From contig OZ024742.1 in assembly GCA_964016885.1 (NCBI GenBank), positions 122,574,001-122,638,000 on the forward strand: a stretch of DNA of 64,000 nucleotides. Direction: 5' to 3'. The position numbers and the translations under genes were made by a program. Below the pieces are notes generated by a model. That model made no database searches, was not told the origin of the DNA, and was given only the letters and a program-made list of their open reading frames with translations. Below, one piece after another: positions 51,556-64,000 of this stretch (the stretch's first letter is position 1; every line of letters starts with the position of its first letter). Source of the DNA: Eledone cirrhosa (Eukaryota).

Positions 51556-51600
51556 GCTCTGACGAATCCTACGGTTACGTAAGGAAGAAACATTGTAAGC
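51556..51600 (+). ncRNA. Minimal type I hammerhead ribozyme, apparently intact
   Basis: GCT-CTGACGA-a-TCCTACG-gtta-CGTA(a)GGA-a-GAAA-C-att-G-TA-AGC. All core nucleotides are present, the cleavage triplet is GUA, and stem I is 3 bp. It probably lies in the 3' region of a decayed PLE (~50650-51660). Confidence 0.85.
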
Positions 51601-52702
51601 CAATACAAATCTTTTGATGTTGTAGACGCTCTTGTGTTCTTTTTCATATAACATTATATGTACTTTTAACTGATTATATAACGAATTCATTCAATTCTTA
51701 TAAAGATATATCATCATTCGTGGAGATTTCATAGAAGGATAATATCACACCAGGTTCATTATATTTTGTAAAATTAGTCTTTAACATTCTTGCTGTTGTT
51801 TAAAAGCAATATCTATTTTTTTTTTCTTTAGACATGTAGTTTTATGAAACTAATTTGTTTTTGAAGGAATTATGTTTAAACAAAAGAAACGTGTATTTAC
51901 GAGTATTTGGCTTATTTTATTTACAGATGGCTGTTATTTTACTATGATTAAGAAAACAGTACTATCCAACTATATGACTGCTGCCAATGGCAACATGCTC
52001 TCGTAGAATGCCTAGAAGTTCACGCTAACGTTAAACGAGTTAATAAAATGAACCTCTAGGCATTCTATTCATTTGCTAGAAGTAGCAACAGATTTAACTT
52101 TAAATCACATCCGCCTTAGATCAGGAAAGGACATATTTGATAATGTAGACATACAGATCGATGGAGGTCGGAACAACTTCGACCATAGCTCTGCTACTGG
52201 ATTGGTGTTAAACAGCAACAGATGTAAACACGACCAATCAAAAAGAAAGAAGCTATATTGTCATTCGACTAGTTAGAAATAGTAACCAAATCTCGTTCAA
52301 ATCATGATGGTCACTACTAAAGCGTATTAAATCATGGAATTGTGTGTTGTATCAGGGTTAAACAATTATAAGCCTATACAGAAGAACTAGTGAGAAAGAC
52401 TATATATGACAACACAACTTACTATAAGTTGCCCTCAAATCATACTTTATTGTCTGAGATAAGGATACATTAGAAAATGTAGCCTTTTATACCCCCATGA
52501 CGGGAGAGTCGCATACTTAATGCCCCCTTTCACGGGTCTGTTAAACAACGACTGACTTGAGCTTAAAAAATAACAAAGCACGCCTCGTGCCTATTGACTA
52601 GTTAGAAACATCTGTCAAGTTGACATAAAATCTCAACCTAAGATTAAAAAAGGCACATTCAGTGATATCCTTTTAGAAATATACAGTAGGAAACAAGTTA
52701 AC

Positions 52703-53134
52703 AAATGTAACTGTAGAGATAGATCTAAATGTCCGTTAAATAACAACTGCTTAGTTAAAAATATAATATACAATTGTAATGTTAAAACTGACTCTAATTC
52801 TTTTAACTACGTCGGTTCCACATCGACGGAATTTAAACTTCGCTATAATAACCACAATAATTCTTTCACAGATCCAAGCAAAAAATCTTCAACAGCACTA
52901 TCAGGCGTACTCTGGCAACTTAAGCTAGATAACGTTAGATATTCGACGGCTTGGAATATAGTCTCAAGAGGGATTCCTTTTAATTCATCCTCTGAGACAT
53001 GTGACCTCTGCGCAGAGGAGATATTCTTTATACTAAAATCTAAAAATTCCCTTAATCTACGGACAAATTTATTCAGTTGCTGCAAACATAGATTAAACTC
53101 AACTTTTAAATATAAATTTAAATTTAAAATGTAG
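52703..53134 (+). pseudogene. Penelope-like (Naiad-type) GIY-YIG endonuclease domain, open frame, 5'-truncated (absent from the ORF track)
   Basis: KCNCRDRSKCPLNNNCLVKNIIYNCNV..NYVGSTSTEFKLRYNNHNNSF..TALSGVLWQLK..WNIV..CDLCAEEIFFIL..LNLRTNLFSCCKHR..*. Shows the CxCx5C linker, IIY/YVG motifs and the conserved R and E. Confidence 0.92.
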
Positions 53135-54465
53135 TATATTTAGTTTGTTTTATAATTATTTGGGAAACTAGCCGATAAATCTTTCGATTTCTTCTTTTTA
53201 TTCTTCTTTTTATTTTTATTTTTATTTAAACATTCTTCATGAAAAATTAAACTACCCTAAAAGTTGATGCTCCAAATATTTCGAATAAACGTTACACTAG
53301 ATAAACTTCTATATTAAATATAAGAACACATGTAGACCAAATGGGCATCCTAAACTTTTTGAAATGATTTTTGCTAGACGCGATTTGATAAATAATTTTT
53401 AGCTTTATCTGTTTTCGACTCTGATGCTTATAATGAACTTGGCAATATATTGTCAATTAATTTTGAAGGGTTGATCTTTGTGGTTTATTTTTATTATTGT
53501 AATATTTTCTAATATTTTTATTTTTAATATGTAATATTTTTTTGTAATATTTTTTATTTTTTATTTTTTAGTTTTCTATTTTATTATTATTTATTATTAT
53601 TATTATCATTATTATTTTTTGTTTTTGTTTCTGATATTTTTTTTATTAATATATTGAAATCTGTTCTCTATTTCTGCTTGATAGATAATTATGTAGAGTA
53701 AAGACAAGAATAGTATTGTTAAAATTAATATAGACTCTATATATATGTGTATATATATACACATATATATATACTTAAATCTTTATAGCACAATGAGAAT
53801 GTTCTCCGTGTGAAATAGGGATTTGCAGAATTGATCACGTAAATTCACATCGATGTTTGTAGTTATCATATAAACATATGGATTTTTAAAACTAAACATA
53901 AGATCATTACTTTTCACACATTATGGATACGTGTCTCATTCAGGAATACTGATATTTACATTATAGCGCCTGGTTTTTATACGTACTAATACTTCTACAT
54001 TAAAACATAGGGTTTTTAAATTAAGCCTCGCCTATGTCTGGTTACTTTTCATTTTTCTCTCTATATAACGGCTGGTTTCTTCCCTAACCACATATATCTC
54101 CCTTACATTAATACTAGAGCTAAATAAATAAATAAATAAATAAATGTATCATTGATACGTTCCAACTACCTACTTTTCTCTATATATATCTATCTCTATC
54201 TATTTCCTCTCTCTCTATATATATCTCTCTCTGTTTCTTTACATGAAGTTCTTCTCTCCATCTATCTTTCCATCTCTCTATTTTGTTACATGCATTTCTT
54301 CTTTTTCTTCTTTTTCTTCATTTTCTTTCTTTCTTTCCTTCTTTCTCTCTTTCTTTCTTTCTGTTTACAATTTTTCACTGCCAAATCAACTTTCTCAAAT
54401 ACAAGTCGATGTTGAACGGTATGTCAATTCTATTTATCTATAAAACTGTCTATATTGTATTTTGT

Positions 54466-54513
54466 CTGAGGAAGGCATAACATATTGTTAATATGATATC
54501 CCTGAAATATATA
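54466..54513 (+). ncRNA. Type I hammerhead remnant downstream of the GIY-YIG fragment
   Basis: CTGAGGA, then a 14-bp stem II (AGGCATAACATATT/AATATGATATCCCT, 2 mismatches), then GAAA-TATA-TA. Stem III is palindromic and stem I is degraded. Confidence 0.7.
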
Positions 54514-54563
54514 TAATGAAATAAATATGGTTTTATAAATATAGTTTCCATCTATTTAATATC

Positions 54564-54609
<46 letters not shown>

Positions 54610-54611
<2 letters not shown>

Positions 54612-54840
54612 TTTCTTATATAGGCACAAGGCCAGAAATAATAATTTCTCGTATAGGTACAACGCCAGTAATTTGGGGGGAGGAGGACGAGATTAAATCG
54701 ACTCCAGTACGTAACTGGTGGTTTATTTTATCGACCCCGTAAGGATGAAAAGCAAAGTTAACCTCAGCGGGATTTGAACTCCGACCGTAAAAATCCGTAA
54801 CTCTATGCTTCAAAGCATGGTGTCCGATGCTCCACCGATA
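54610..54840 (-). mobile_element. SINE family A (duplicated tail)
   Basis: Homology to the other family A copies. Confidence 0.82.
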
Positions 54841-54927
54841 ACATATATATATAACGAAGAAAGTGTGGTAAGGAATCAGGTGGACCATAACGCACTATAC
54901 TCTATACTTAGGGTAGTAGAATGGGTA

Positions 54928-55045
54928 ATAGGAAAAGAGTCAGGACCATGACAGCTGAGCTCCGGTCGTCTCGACAGCCTGATCCGAATCTAGTTGTCGA
55001 AGCTCAGCTGGAGCTCAGCTGTCGGGGTCCTGACTATTTTCCTAT
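54928..55045. repeat. Short hairpin element with 36-bp inverted repeats
   Basis: ATAGGAAAAGAGTCAGGACCATGACAGCTGAGCTCC pairs with GGAGCTCAGCTGTCGGGGTCCTGACTATTTTCCTAT. Related pieces occur at 15310-15345 and 15380-15430. Confidence 0.8.
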
Positions 55046-55111
55046 ATATTTATACTCCAGTTCTACCAACTGTCGAGTGCTATTTATCTCATATATGCAT
55101 AGTTTTATTGT

Positions 55112-55246
<135 letters not shown>

Positions 55247-55262
55247 ATATATATATATATAT

Positions 55263-55938
55263 ATATAATTGGAGGCTTAGTAAAATCGAATCTTTGACGG
55301 TGTGCAAGCAAATTCGACCTACTATATGAATGAGTTAGTAAAGCACTCGACAAGGTAGGTCCTTAGATTAATAACATACGTTTAAATAGCTTGGTAAATT
55401 TAACATTGTGTGGTAGGCAAAATCTAACACACAATACCAAAGTAATGAAAGAACTAACAGGTTGAAAAAAAATACACCTGGACAAATCAAACGTTATACG
55501 TTTAAAGTGTTTCTATGAATCCGAAATCAAATATCAGACTTACGTAACTGGCAAGCTCGTGGTATTCATGATCGAACAGAGGATTCATTTCATCAACAGG
55601 ATTTCGTTCTACCAAAGAACGGGTTGACATACTAAATTTTGCAGCTAGCAGCAGCGTATCGGATTTTTAGTTGTCACGTGTTATTCCCAACAAGGCAAAT
55701 AACCCCCGGTTTTTGGCGGGTCATTCAAAGTGTTAGACAAAGGAAATATCATAATATAATTTCCGCTAACTTTGAGAATAAGCTCTCGACCAGATGTTAT
55801 TAAACAAACACAAATAATTAACCAATCAACAGAATTGTCTAATTAGTTAATTATTAAATCTAGGAGAAAATAATATAATTGGAGCTTAGTAAATCGAATC
55901 TTTGGCGGTGTGCAAGCAAATTCGACCTACTATATGAA
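55263..55938 (-). mobile_element. ~610-bp terminally redundant unit between (TA)n tracts, with a degenerate HHR
   Basis: ~67-bp direct repeats at 55263-55330 and 55873-55938. The minus strand reads TTGATGA-a-ATGAATCC..GGATTCAT-a-GAAAC at 55596-55509. Confidence 0.65.
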
Positions 55939-56021
<83 letters not shown>

Positions 56022-56027
<6 letters not shown>

Positions 56028-56257
56028 TTGAAAATTGCAAACTTGACTGACACCACACAATATGAACCTGAATATTGCGAAAGTATGAAAGTACTTGTTC
56101 CATTAACACTTAAGATTTAATATTCTATGATACTATTTCATTCTAATCCCATTATAAATTTTAAAGGATTGTAAATAAAACGAGTAAATCAGACAAAGTT
56201 GGAATTCCTTTTATTAATATACTCTTCTATACACAATCATACACACCCGTGTATATT

Positions 56258-56258
<1 letters not shown>
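56022..56258 (+). mobile_element. Short 3' fragment of the PLE found at 59831-61350, with HHR
   Basis: Reverse complement of 59831-60030. The HHR at 56063-56100 reads TGAAC-CTGAATA-TTGC GAAA GTAT-GAAA-GTAC-TT-GTTC (G8 mutated, palindromic stem III intact). Confidence 0.85.
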
Positions 56259-56327
<69 letters not shown>

Positions 56328-57640
56328 TAGAGAGATAGAGAGAATGAGAACCGATTTTACTACCCCACGAAATGTTATGTACATCTAAAATTCATATTTG
56401 AATTGTAAATAGCCTGATATAAGATATTCACAATACTTTTCCTTTTAAAATGTTGGAACAGATACGAAATATTCTTCTATTTCATATGATTATATTGAAT
56501 ATTATAAAAGCATTTCTGTTATTATGCATATCTTCAATAGAGCTAATTGTATTAACTAATAATTGTAAATAGTAATTGAAATAACTATATATAGTTCGTG
56601 ATAACTGAAGAATAACGTAGAAACACAACAGACGGGGAAAAATATATCAATATATCAAATGATATTAATTAATTTCTATTGCAAACGAAATATGAGACAG
56701 AATTTATTATAGAGCGGAACTATTAGTATATTTGAATATCACATGACTTGTCGTCTTGCTGATCCCACTGTTTACCTACGTTTAATTAATACAGATATTA
56801 TATTGATTATTTACTCATATTTACTAAGACTTCAAGAAAGCACGAAATGTCAAAGAAATTGATGTTAACATAAAATGTATGATATATAAATATGCATGTA
56901 TGTATATATAGATATTATATATACACACACTCACATAATATATATACACACACACATATACTGTATATATGTATATATGTATATATGTATGTATTCATAT
57001 ATAGGTATGTATATGTATGTGTATAGGTATAAACGCATGTGTATATGTATATATATGTGAGTGGGTGTGTGTGTGAGTCTGTGCTTGTTTGTATATGTGT
57101 GCGTGTTTCTCTCTCTCTCTCTTTCTGTACATACTTACATAATGGATTTCCCTGAAGATAACTAAAATAGTTCTATGCTGATTGATATTTGAAACCTTAG
57201 GTAGCATGAATTTGTGTTGAGAACTTGTTTATAAGGTATAATTTGGCTCAGTATATTTGTAAAACATTTTATTTTCTTTGATATATTCTTCTGAATCTCT
57301 TGGCTCTAAAGCTAGTTCCTATAACGCAAAGAAAATACCATGAGATATGTGTGTTACTGCAGTCCTGAAAATCATTTACGCCAACGAATGAATCATAAAA
57401 CAAAAAAATCTGAGGCAATTTGGCTTGTAATATTCCAATTGAGAGGCCTAACCATCAGCTTGTATATATAGATTTGGATTTAGTTTGTAGACTTTGTCCA
57501 AAACTGTAATTATCTTGCCGGCTTCACTAGTCATTGCCGAGCTCATGTTCATAGGAACTGTGAGTTAATTTGTCAGAGATGGTCGTCCTCCTCTGACGAC
57601 TGGACATCCGTTATATATTCATATACACACGCACACATCG

Positions 57641-57676
<36 letters not shown>

Positions 57677-59673
57677 CCATCCTCACTTTCATTAACGGTA
57701 TCATTTTCTCCCCTTCCCACTTTCTTCCGTGACCTAATAGTCCTTGCTCTGTCCCTCCTTTTCCTCTCATGACATTTATATTTCTTTCCAATAGTTACCC
57801 TTACAGCCAGATCGACTCTACTTTACCACTTCCCACCTCTGTTTATTACTTAATTTTATTTTTAGCTTTTTTTTGCCTTATCTCCAACGGTGTATAACTT
57901 CCTTTTGTAAAATATAGTTGATATAATGTTTTCGTTCTTGTATTGACATAAGTGTACACATTTTCAATGAAGCTGAACATTTCATTCATTGGGAATATGA
58001 TATATACTCATACAATTTGAAGTATATATGCTTATACTAAATATAAAGAGTAATCTCACATTACGAATATGGACACCTTTATTTGGAAACAGGCAATATG
58101 TAATTGTAACATGTATCCATGTTATATAAGTTAAATAAATCCCACTAATTCGTTTCCCGACAACGTATTGTGTTTATGTACCTAATGAATGAATGCTTCG
58201 TTGGCGGTTTATACGGTGATGCGGTAATACATGTAATATAAGATGACAGCTATAATTAAATATGTTTTATGTAGGCATACATGAAATAAAAATCTATAGA
58301 ATGACATGTGTCTGTTACTGATTCCGATGAAGGTAGATGAAACCCCACATATATAAGTTGAGACAGCATGGACAGAGTATGGTCGAAACTATAAGTTCAA
58401 CCTCAGTTTACGGTATCTTGGTCCGATTTTTTTTTTACCATAGTCTGGGTCCTTACAAATCTTCGCTAGACAAATTGAGTTCACAGAAATTATGCATTTT
58501 AATTTGATTATATTTTTGCATGAATTTTATTGGTAATTCAAATGGCACACACATATTACTCAGCACATTACTGATTATGAATAAAGCATAAGTTAAGAGT
58601 ACATTTGTTCCCTGAATACTTAATCATTTAGATCAATATAATAAGGAGATATCTGATGTGATCGAACAATCGAAGTATCATCGTTGAAACCGACAAGTTG
58701 GGTTAATTAGCGTTAATAAAGTTTACTAAGAGAAAAACCTGTAGCCAAGTCAAGCAGCATTATAACTTATAGCAATTATAATATATTGAAAGGAATGCTG
58801 ATACAGGTAAAATATTTTACGTGAATTTGCAGCAGATCAATTGCTTTTAATTAAAATGTCGATTCATGTGAATTGATATTTCAAGAATTCTAAAAGCGTA
58901 GAAAACTGTTCGAGTTGCCTCTAAATATTCCACAGTTAATTCGGTATTGGGAATTGTTTTATTATGCAAGTATTATCATCCAATAAATTTCATTTCAAAT
59001 GGGACTTGTTCTGATCAACATGAGAGTATTAATAGGTATTGTTGATAAATAGTTATTTTATTCATTTCTATAAGCTCCATAATAATTCCTTTTCTATGGT
59101 AAAGAAAGGATCTTCATTTTCGCGTAATACGATTTCATTTAGTTCGCTGCAATGTATAGCATGTTTATCTCATATTCATTCAGATGCATTCATTGCATTT
59201 TCTCAGCTGGAACAGCTGCCTTTTACAACTTTCTCCTATTTTTAAGATCATTTTTTTACATTGCATTTTATTTTTATTTAAGATTAATGTTTAACGCAAA
59301 GAATTTCATATGGCATTTTATTTTCATTTGCATAAATATCTCGCTTAAATATCTAGCTTAAACATCAAGCAGTCTCTGAACGTTTCAACGTTATTGTATC
59401 ACTCTGATTTGAGTAGCACTTAATAATATGTATCAACATACAACGCACTCTTTTTTATAGGAGGTATAACATTCCTTAATACTACTTTATAATATCCTTT
59501 TATTTTCTTACTAATTCAGTTAGTGTTTTCAAAGTGATTAGCACCTGTCATCTACAAAAAGAACACGAGAATATTTAATATTGGTATATTTTTAATACTA
59601 GTTATCGATAATATGAAAGAATATATGTAGCGGATATAAACGTATACACACACGCATACACACAACAAACACA

Positions 59674-59783
<110 letters not shown>

Positions 59784-59952
59784 GATGTATACATATATAT
59801 ATGAATATATATATAGATATATAGATAGATAAATATACACGGGTGTGAATTCCAACTTTGTCTGATTTACTCGTTTTATTTATAATCCTTTAAAATTTAT
59901 AATGGTATTATAATGAAATAGTATGATAGAATATTAAATGTTAAGTGTTAAT

Positions 59953-59991
59953 TGAACAATTACTTTCATGCTTTCGCAATCTTCAGGTTCA
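59953..59991 (-). ncRNA. Minimal type I hammerhead ribozyme
   Basis: Minus strand: TGAAC-CTGAAGA-TTGC-GAAA-GCAT-GAAA-GTAA-TT-GTTCA. Stem I is 5 bp, stem II is GNRA-capped and the core is intact. Stem III has one mismatch relative to the 56063 copy. Confidence 0.85.
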
Positions 59992-60432
59992 TAATGTGTG
60001 GTGACAGTCAAGTTTGTAATTTTCAACTGTAATGAGATGGGTAAATTTTCTACCTTATATACAGTGAAAAGTGGCTCCAGAATGCTAAATCTTGCAAACT
60101 GTATTTCGACCAATCGGTGTGTAGTTTCACTGAATTACTAAAGCTGATTGGTTTAGGCGTCACAGTTGGTTGAGCATGTCTAACCACCACTAATTGATCC
60201 TATCCAAAGCATCAATTGTTTTGCTATTTTTAGAAATGATGAAAATAGCATTTCCTAGTAATCATCACTATCAACATCACTTCTGTTCATGGGGCCGACA
60301 AAACAAAGCACCAGCAATGCACTGGGTAATTGCTGGCCCTGTGCCCAAACTAGAAACAATTATTATTATTAGTGTTGTTGTTGTTGTTAGTGGTTGTAGT
60401 CGACATGGTCGTAGTCATAGTTATTATTATTA

Positions 60433-60762
60433 TTATTGTTCATTTAGCTTGGGTTTGAATTTATCAATAACATTCTTTTCTTTGATTTTCCTCTTGATTT
60501 CACTTGGGCTGGGTAATTTGTAGGATGGGAATATTATAAATATTCCATGACCACATGTTGCTAGATGGTTACTTAGGGGTATCTGACGGACATTTGGGTC
60601 TCTGATTTGCTGTCGGTGTACCCGTGCACGTTCCGATAGTGCATTTCCAGTTTGACCGACATATAGTTCTTCACAATTCTGGCATTTAATGCAGTGAATT
60701 AGATTTCTGCTTTTGCAGTTCATATTTGCATTTGGGAATATTTTTCCAGTTTTTGTTTTCAT
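60433..60762 (-). pseudogene. PLE GIY-YIG endonuclease C-terminal domain (CCHH type)
   Basis: CKSRNLIHCIKCQNCEELYVGQTGNALSERARVH..NH..KRKIKE..IDKFKPKLN. There is a CxxC between the GIY and YIG strands, two conserved His, and a terminal PxLN. Confidence 0.9.
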
Positions 60763-62534
60763 ATATTGACCGGCGTGTATGGATTGATTTCCATTCTACA
60801 AATTACCCAGCCCAAGTGAAATCAAGAGAAAAATCAAAGAAAAGAATGTTATTGATAAATTCAAACCCAAGCTAAATGAACAATAATAATAATAACTATG
60901 ACTACGACCATGTCGACTACGACCACTAACAACAACAACAACAACAATAATAATAATAATTGTTTCTACTTTGGGCACAGGGCCAGCAATTACCTAGTGC
61001 ATTGCTGGTGCTTTGTTTTGTCGACCCCGTCCGGATGGAGGGCAAGGTCGACCTCGGTGGGATTTGAATAAAAGTGATGTTGATAGTGATGATTACTAGA
61101 AAATGCTATTTTCATCATTTCTAAAAATAGCAAAACAATTGATGCTTTGGATAGGATCAATTAGTGGTGGTTAGACATGCTCAACCAAATGTGACGCCTA
61201 AACCAATCAGCTTTAATAATTCAGTGAAACTACACAACGATTGGTCGAAATCCAGTTTGCAAGATTTAGCATCCTGTAGCCACTTTTCACTGTATATAAG
61301 GTACAACATTTACCCATCTCATTACAGTTGAAAATTGCAAACTTTACTGAACATTTACACAAGTGTCAACGACAATTTCCTTTTCCGTACAACCTTGCCA
61401 CCGGGAGGATGGCTAGTCATAGGTAAACTCAAAATCATAAAAAAGTAGAACAGATGCAAGCATATATACATGCCCACATACGCGCATATATGAGCTGTTT
61501 GAGATAGGAAAATAACATAGATTTCTCATGAAGATATACCTTGACTATAGGAAAAGCATTTCGGTGTATTATTCACTGATTGTTGCTGGGGACAAGCATG
61601 TCAAACGATACATTATGCCTTATTCGCTACCATCGAAAACGTAACAAAACCCGATGAAATCTCACATTTCTAATTGAAATTGGAACAATTCTTCTGGATG
61701 ACATAAATATTTCAAAGGAGATATTTCAATGTGATGGCCTGCCTGCAGATACCTGTCTATATAGGCACTAAATCAACAGTAAATTAATTTAGGAAAATGA
61801 TGTGTTTCCTGTTCAGTTCTACAACAGAATAAACAGTTACTATAGCCCATAATTTCTTCCTGGATTCTTAAACAATCTATACGAGAAATGTTAATTATGC
61901 TGCAAAGCAGTTGGCCATAATAATGATATTTTCAGGATATAGGGATGATCTTTATAAAATGATACATTCATGATAGTCGTAAGCAGAATGTGTTACTCCC
62001 AACTATAACCTTTGCATCAACGATCTCGCGTATCAATATCGTACAACGAAACGGAAGCTAAGAAATACCTAGTTATTAATGAACGTATATACTACAAAAC
62101 ACATGTGAATATATGTAAATATACAAAATAATATTCAAACACTTAAGCAAGAAAATATCCAATGTTGCATTTTTAGTCCTACTACTAATAACAAGATTTG
62201 ATATTTTTGAATAATTTATAGGCAACATTCACTACTTCGATGCTAAACCCAACAGGATCCTGACATTAACTAGAAGCTGCCACATAAATAGAAGGAAAGG
62301 TACTGGACAGCTGCTTAGGTTAAATGAAGACAGACTTTGAATATCGTGATGGTGTCATTGGGGTAGCATCTCTAAGCAATGGCATCAAGAATATACACAT
62401 CTACCAAGCGCTTATAGTTGAAAGGAACAAAAGCCTGATGACCTCAAATGCAACCCTAGAACTGCGGGATTACTATACCCTAAGAAAGACCTAGAGAGGA
62501 AGTAACTGTCATACAAAACAAATAAACGACTGTG

Positions 62535-62770
62535 CATGGATTTCGTATAACGGTTGACAAAATCTGAGACCTCATTCGCTTTCCGAGAGGGGTGGGACTC
62601 GTCAAATCGAACCACGGAAACAAGGTTTCCATTGACCATTCGTTGGAGAAAGACTAACGTGAAAGAATAAGGTGTCTTTCTCAAGGACATAATGCATCGG
62701 ACGGTTCGGGTATTGTCCTTGTAACCTCACAATTATGATTCCAACTCTCTAGCCCCTAAGCCACGCGCCT
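62535..62770 (-). mobile_element. SINE family B
   Basis: Colinear with 12978-13189. Confidence 0.8.
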
Positions 62771-63644
62771 CGGCACGGATGTATTTCCCGTAATCTTGAA
62801 CATTTTGCAATCATTCATCTGATCTCTTGTTTCTGTAGGACCGATGAATGTTACACCTCATCACTTAATCCAATAGCAGGTGATAGTTAAGAAATACTAA
62901 ATGAACAAACAAAAATATAGTGTAACACGTAAATCACCCGGATTCAACTGAATATGTCGATCAGGTCATATATCTGGATACAATATGACACACAAGTGCA
63001 GCAGCTTCCCAAACATGTATGCATTATAGTTAGTCATTGGGCTAAGAAACCTCAATGTAGTGGCTCGAATTACTAGGAAAATACTTCGGAGTGGAGGGAA
63101 TTTCTACATACTAAATACACACATAACTGAGATTATCCCCGCATTTAGTAGACCAAAGCTTCCACTGAGGTATTCAATCAAGGGGGATATAACTCTTATA
63201 AAATCAGTTGATCAAATTAGTGGAAAATCTAAACAATGCAGAATAGGGTGGATTTGGTCGTTAAAGCAAGCCGGTAAAAGTAACGGACATGCTTCAGTCT
63301 TCTTAGACCTTCTTGGCAAAGTATATTCTGCTAGTTTAATAACTCGCTATATTACATATATGAGACCCTAATGTATAAGTACTAGATGCACTTTGGTTTT
63401 CCTAAGGAGAAAAAATGGTTTGATAACGGTTTTAGTGATGTGTAGAGAAACAATAACGCCATCAAACTTCCTGTCACTGCAGAAATCTCTATGTTGTCAT
63501 TCAAACTGCAAAAAATAACAAACATATTGCAACTCATAAGATAGGAAACACTATTTACCAATGTGACATAATATTGTCGATGAATAAATATACAATGAAA
63601 AAAGGTGTTGGGATAAATGCAAAAAAATCATTACAGAGTATAAA

Positions 63645-63865
63645 CAGCAGTGCATTGACATTATCGGTAGAGCGTCGGACACCCAGCTTCGTGGATTAGA
63701 GTTATGTCCCTTTACGATTTCAGTACAAATCCCGCCGCGGGTAGCTTTGGCTTTCATCTTTACGGGGCCGATAAAATAAAGTTACCAGTAACTCACTGAG
63801 GTGGATTTAATCGACTTTCACCTCCCCAAAACTTGATAACCGTTTGCCTAAAACCCAAACCATTA
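63645..63865 (+). mobile_element. SINE family A
   Basis: Head, core and AAACCATTAT tail as in the other family A copies. Confidence 0.82.
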
Positions 63866-64000
63866 TAGAACGTAAACAAACATATTAACGCCAGAATTAT
63901 TCATGAAACATTCCTATAAAATGTTCGGCTAAGTGCAAACAAAAGCGGCCTAATGTAGTTGTTTGGGAGAGAAAATAAATCGTATGTACACAAATGCCAG

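Larger units (their letters stand above)
59831..61350 (-). mobile_element. 5'-truncated Penelope-like element with a head-to-head inverted copy of its 3' region
   Basis: 60005-60522 is the reverse complement of 60797-61349. The GIY-YIG segment forms the loop, the HHR is at 59953-59991, and a SINE fragment is present in both arms. Confidence 0.9.

Overview
AT-rich, microsatellite-dense animal genomic DNA with no prokaryotic features. The SINE families and repeat landscape point to an octopod cephalopod (inference). Most ORF-track entries are microsatellite or antisense artefacts. The real coding content is transposon-derived. (i) A nested cluster in (AAT)n repeats at ~23.3-37.2 kb holds three R4/Dong-clade (RT + RLE) LINE copies, a full-length antisense Tx1/L1-clade LINE (intact ORF1, disrupted APE-RT ORF2) and the 3' end of a second Tx1 family. 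(ii) There are many Penelope-like element (PLE) remnants: Naiad-type RT and GIY-YIG pieces plus one CCHH-type GIY-YIG. (iii) There are RTE remnants, an internally deleted mariner, a Helitron-like element and two SINE families. The main unannotated signal is about a dozen minimal type I hammerhead ribozyme (HHR) motifs from several unrelated families. Some sit in non-coding fold-back palindromes with an outward-facing HHR in each arm (3206-3733, 43870-44172). Others sit in terminally redundant, retrozyme-like units (14060-14502, 55263-55938). The dominant SINE shares its 3' terminus with the (ATT)n-inserted Tx1 LINEs, which suggests a SINE/Tx1 partnership. Clusters of very short candidate exons on the + strand may belong to a host micro-exon gene (low confidence). 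Everything was read by eye, so boundaries of degenerate elements are approximate.
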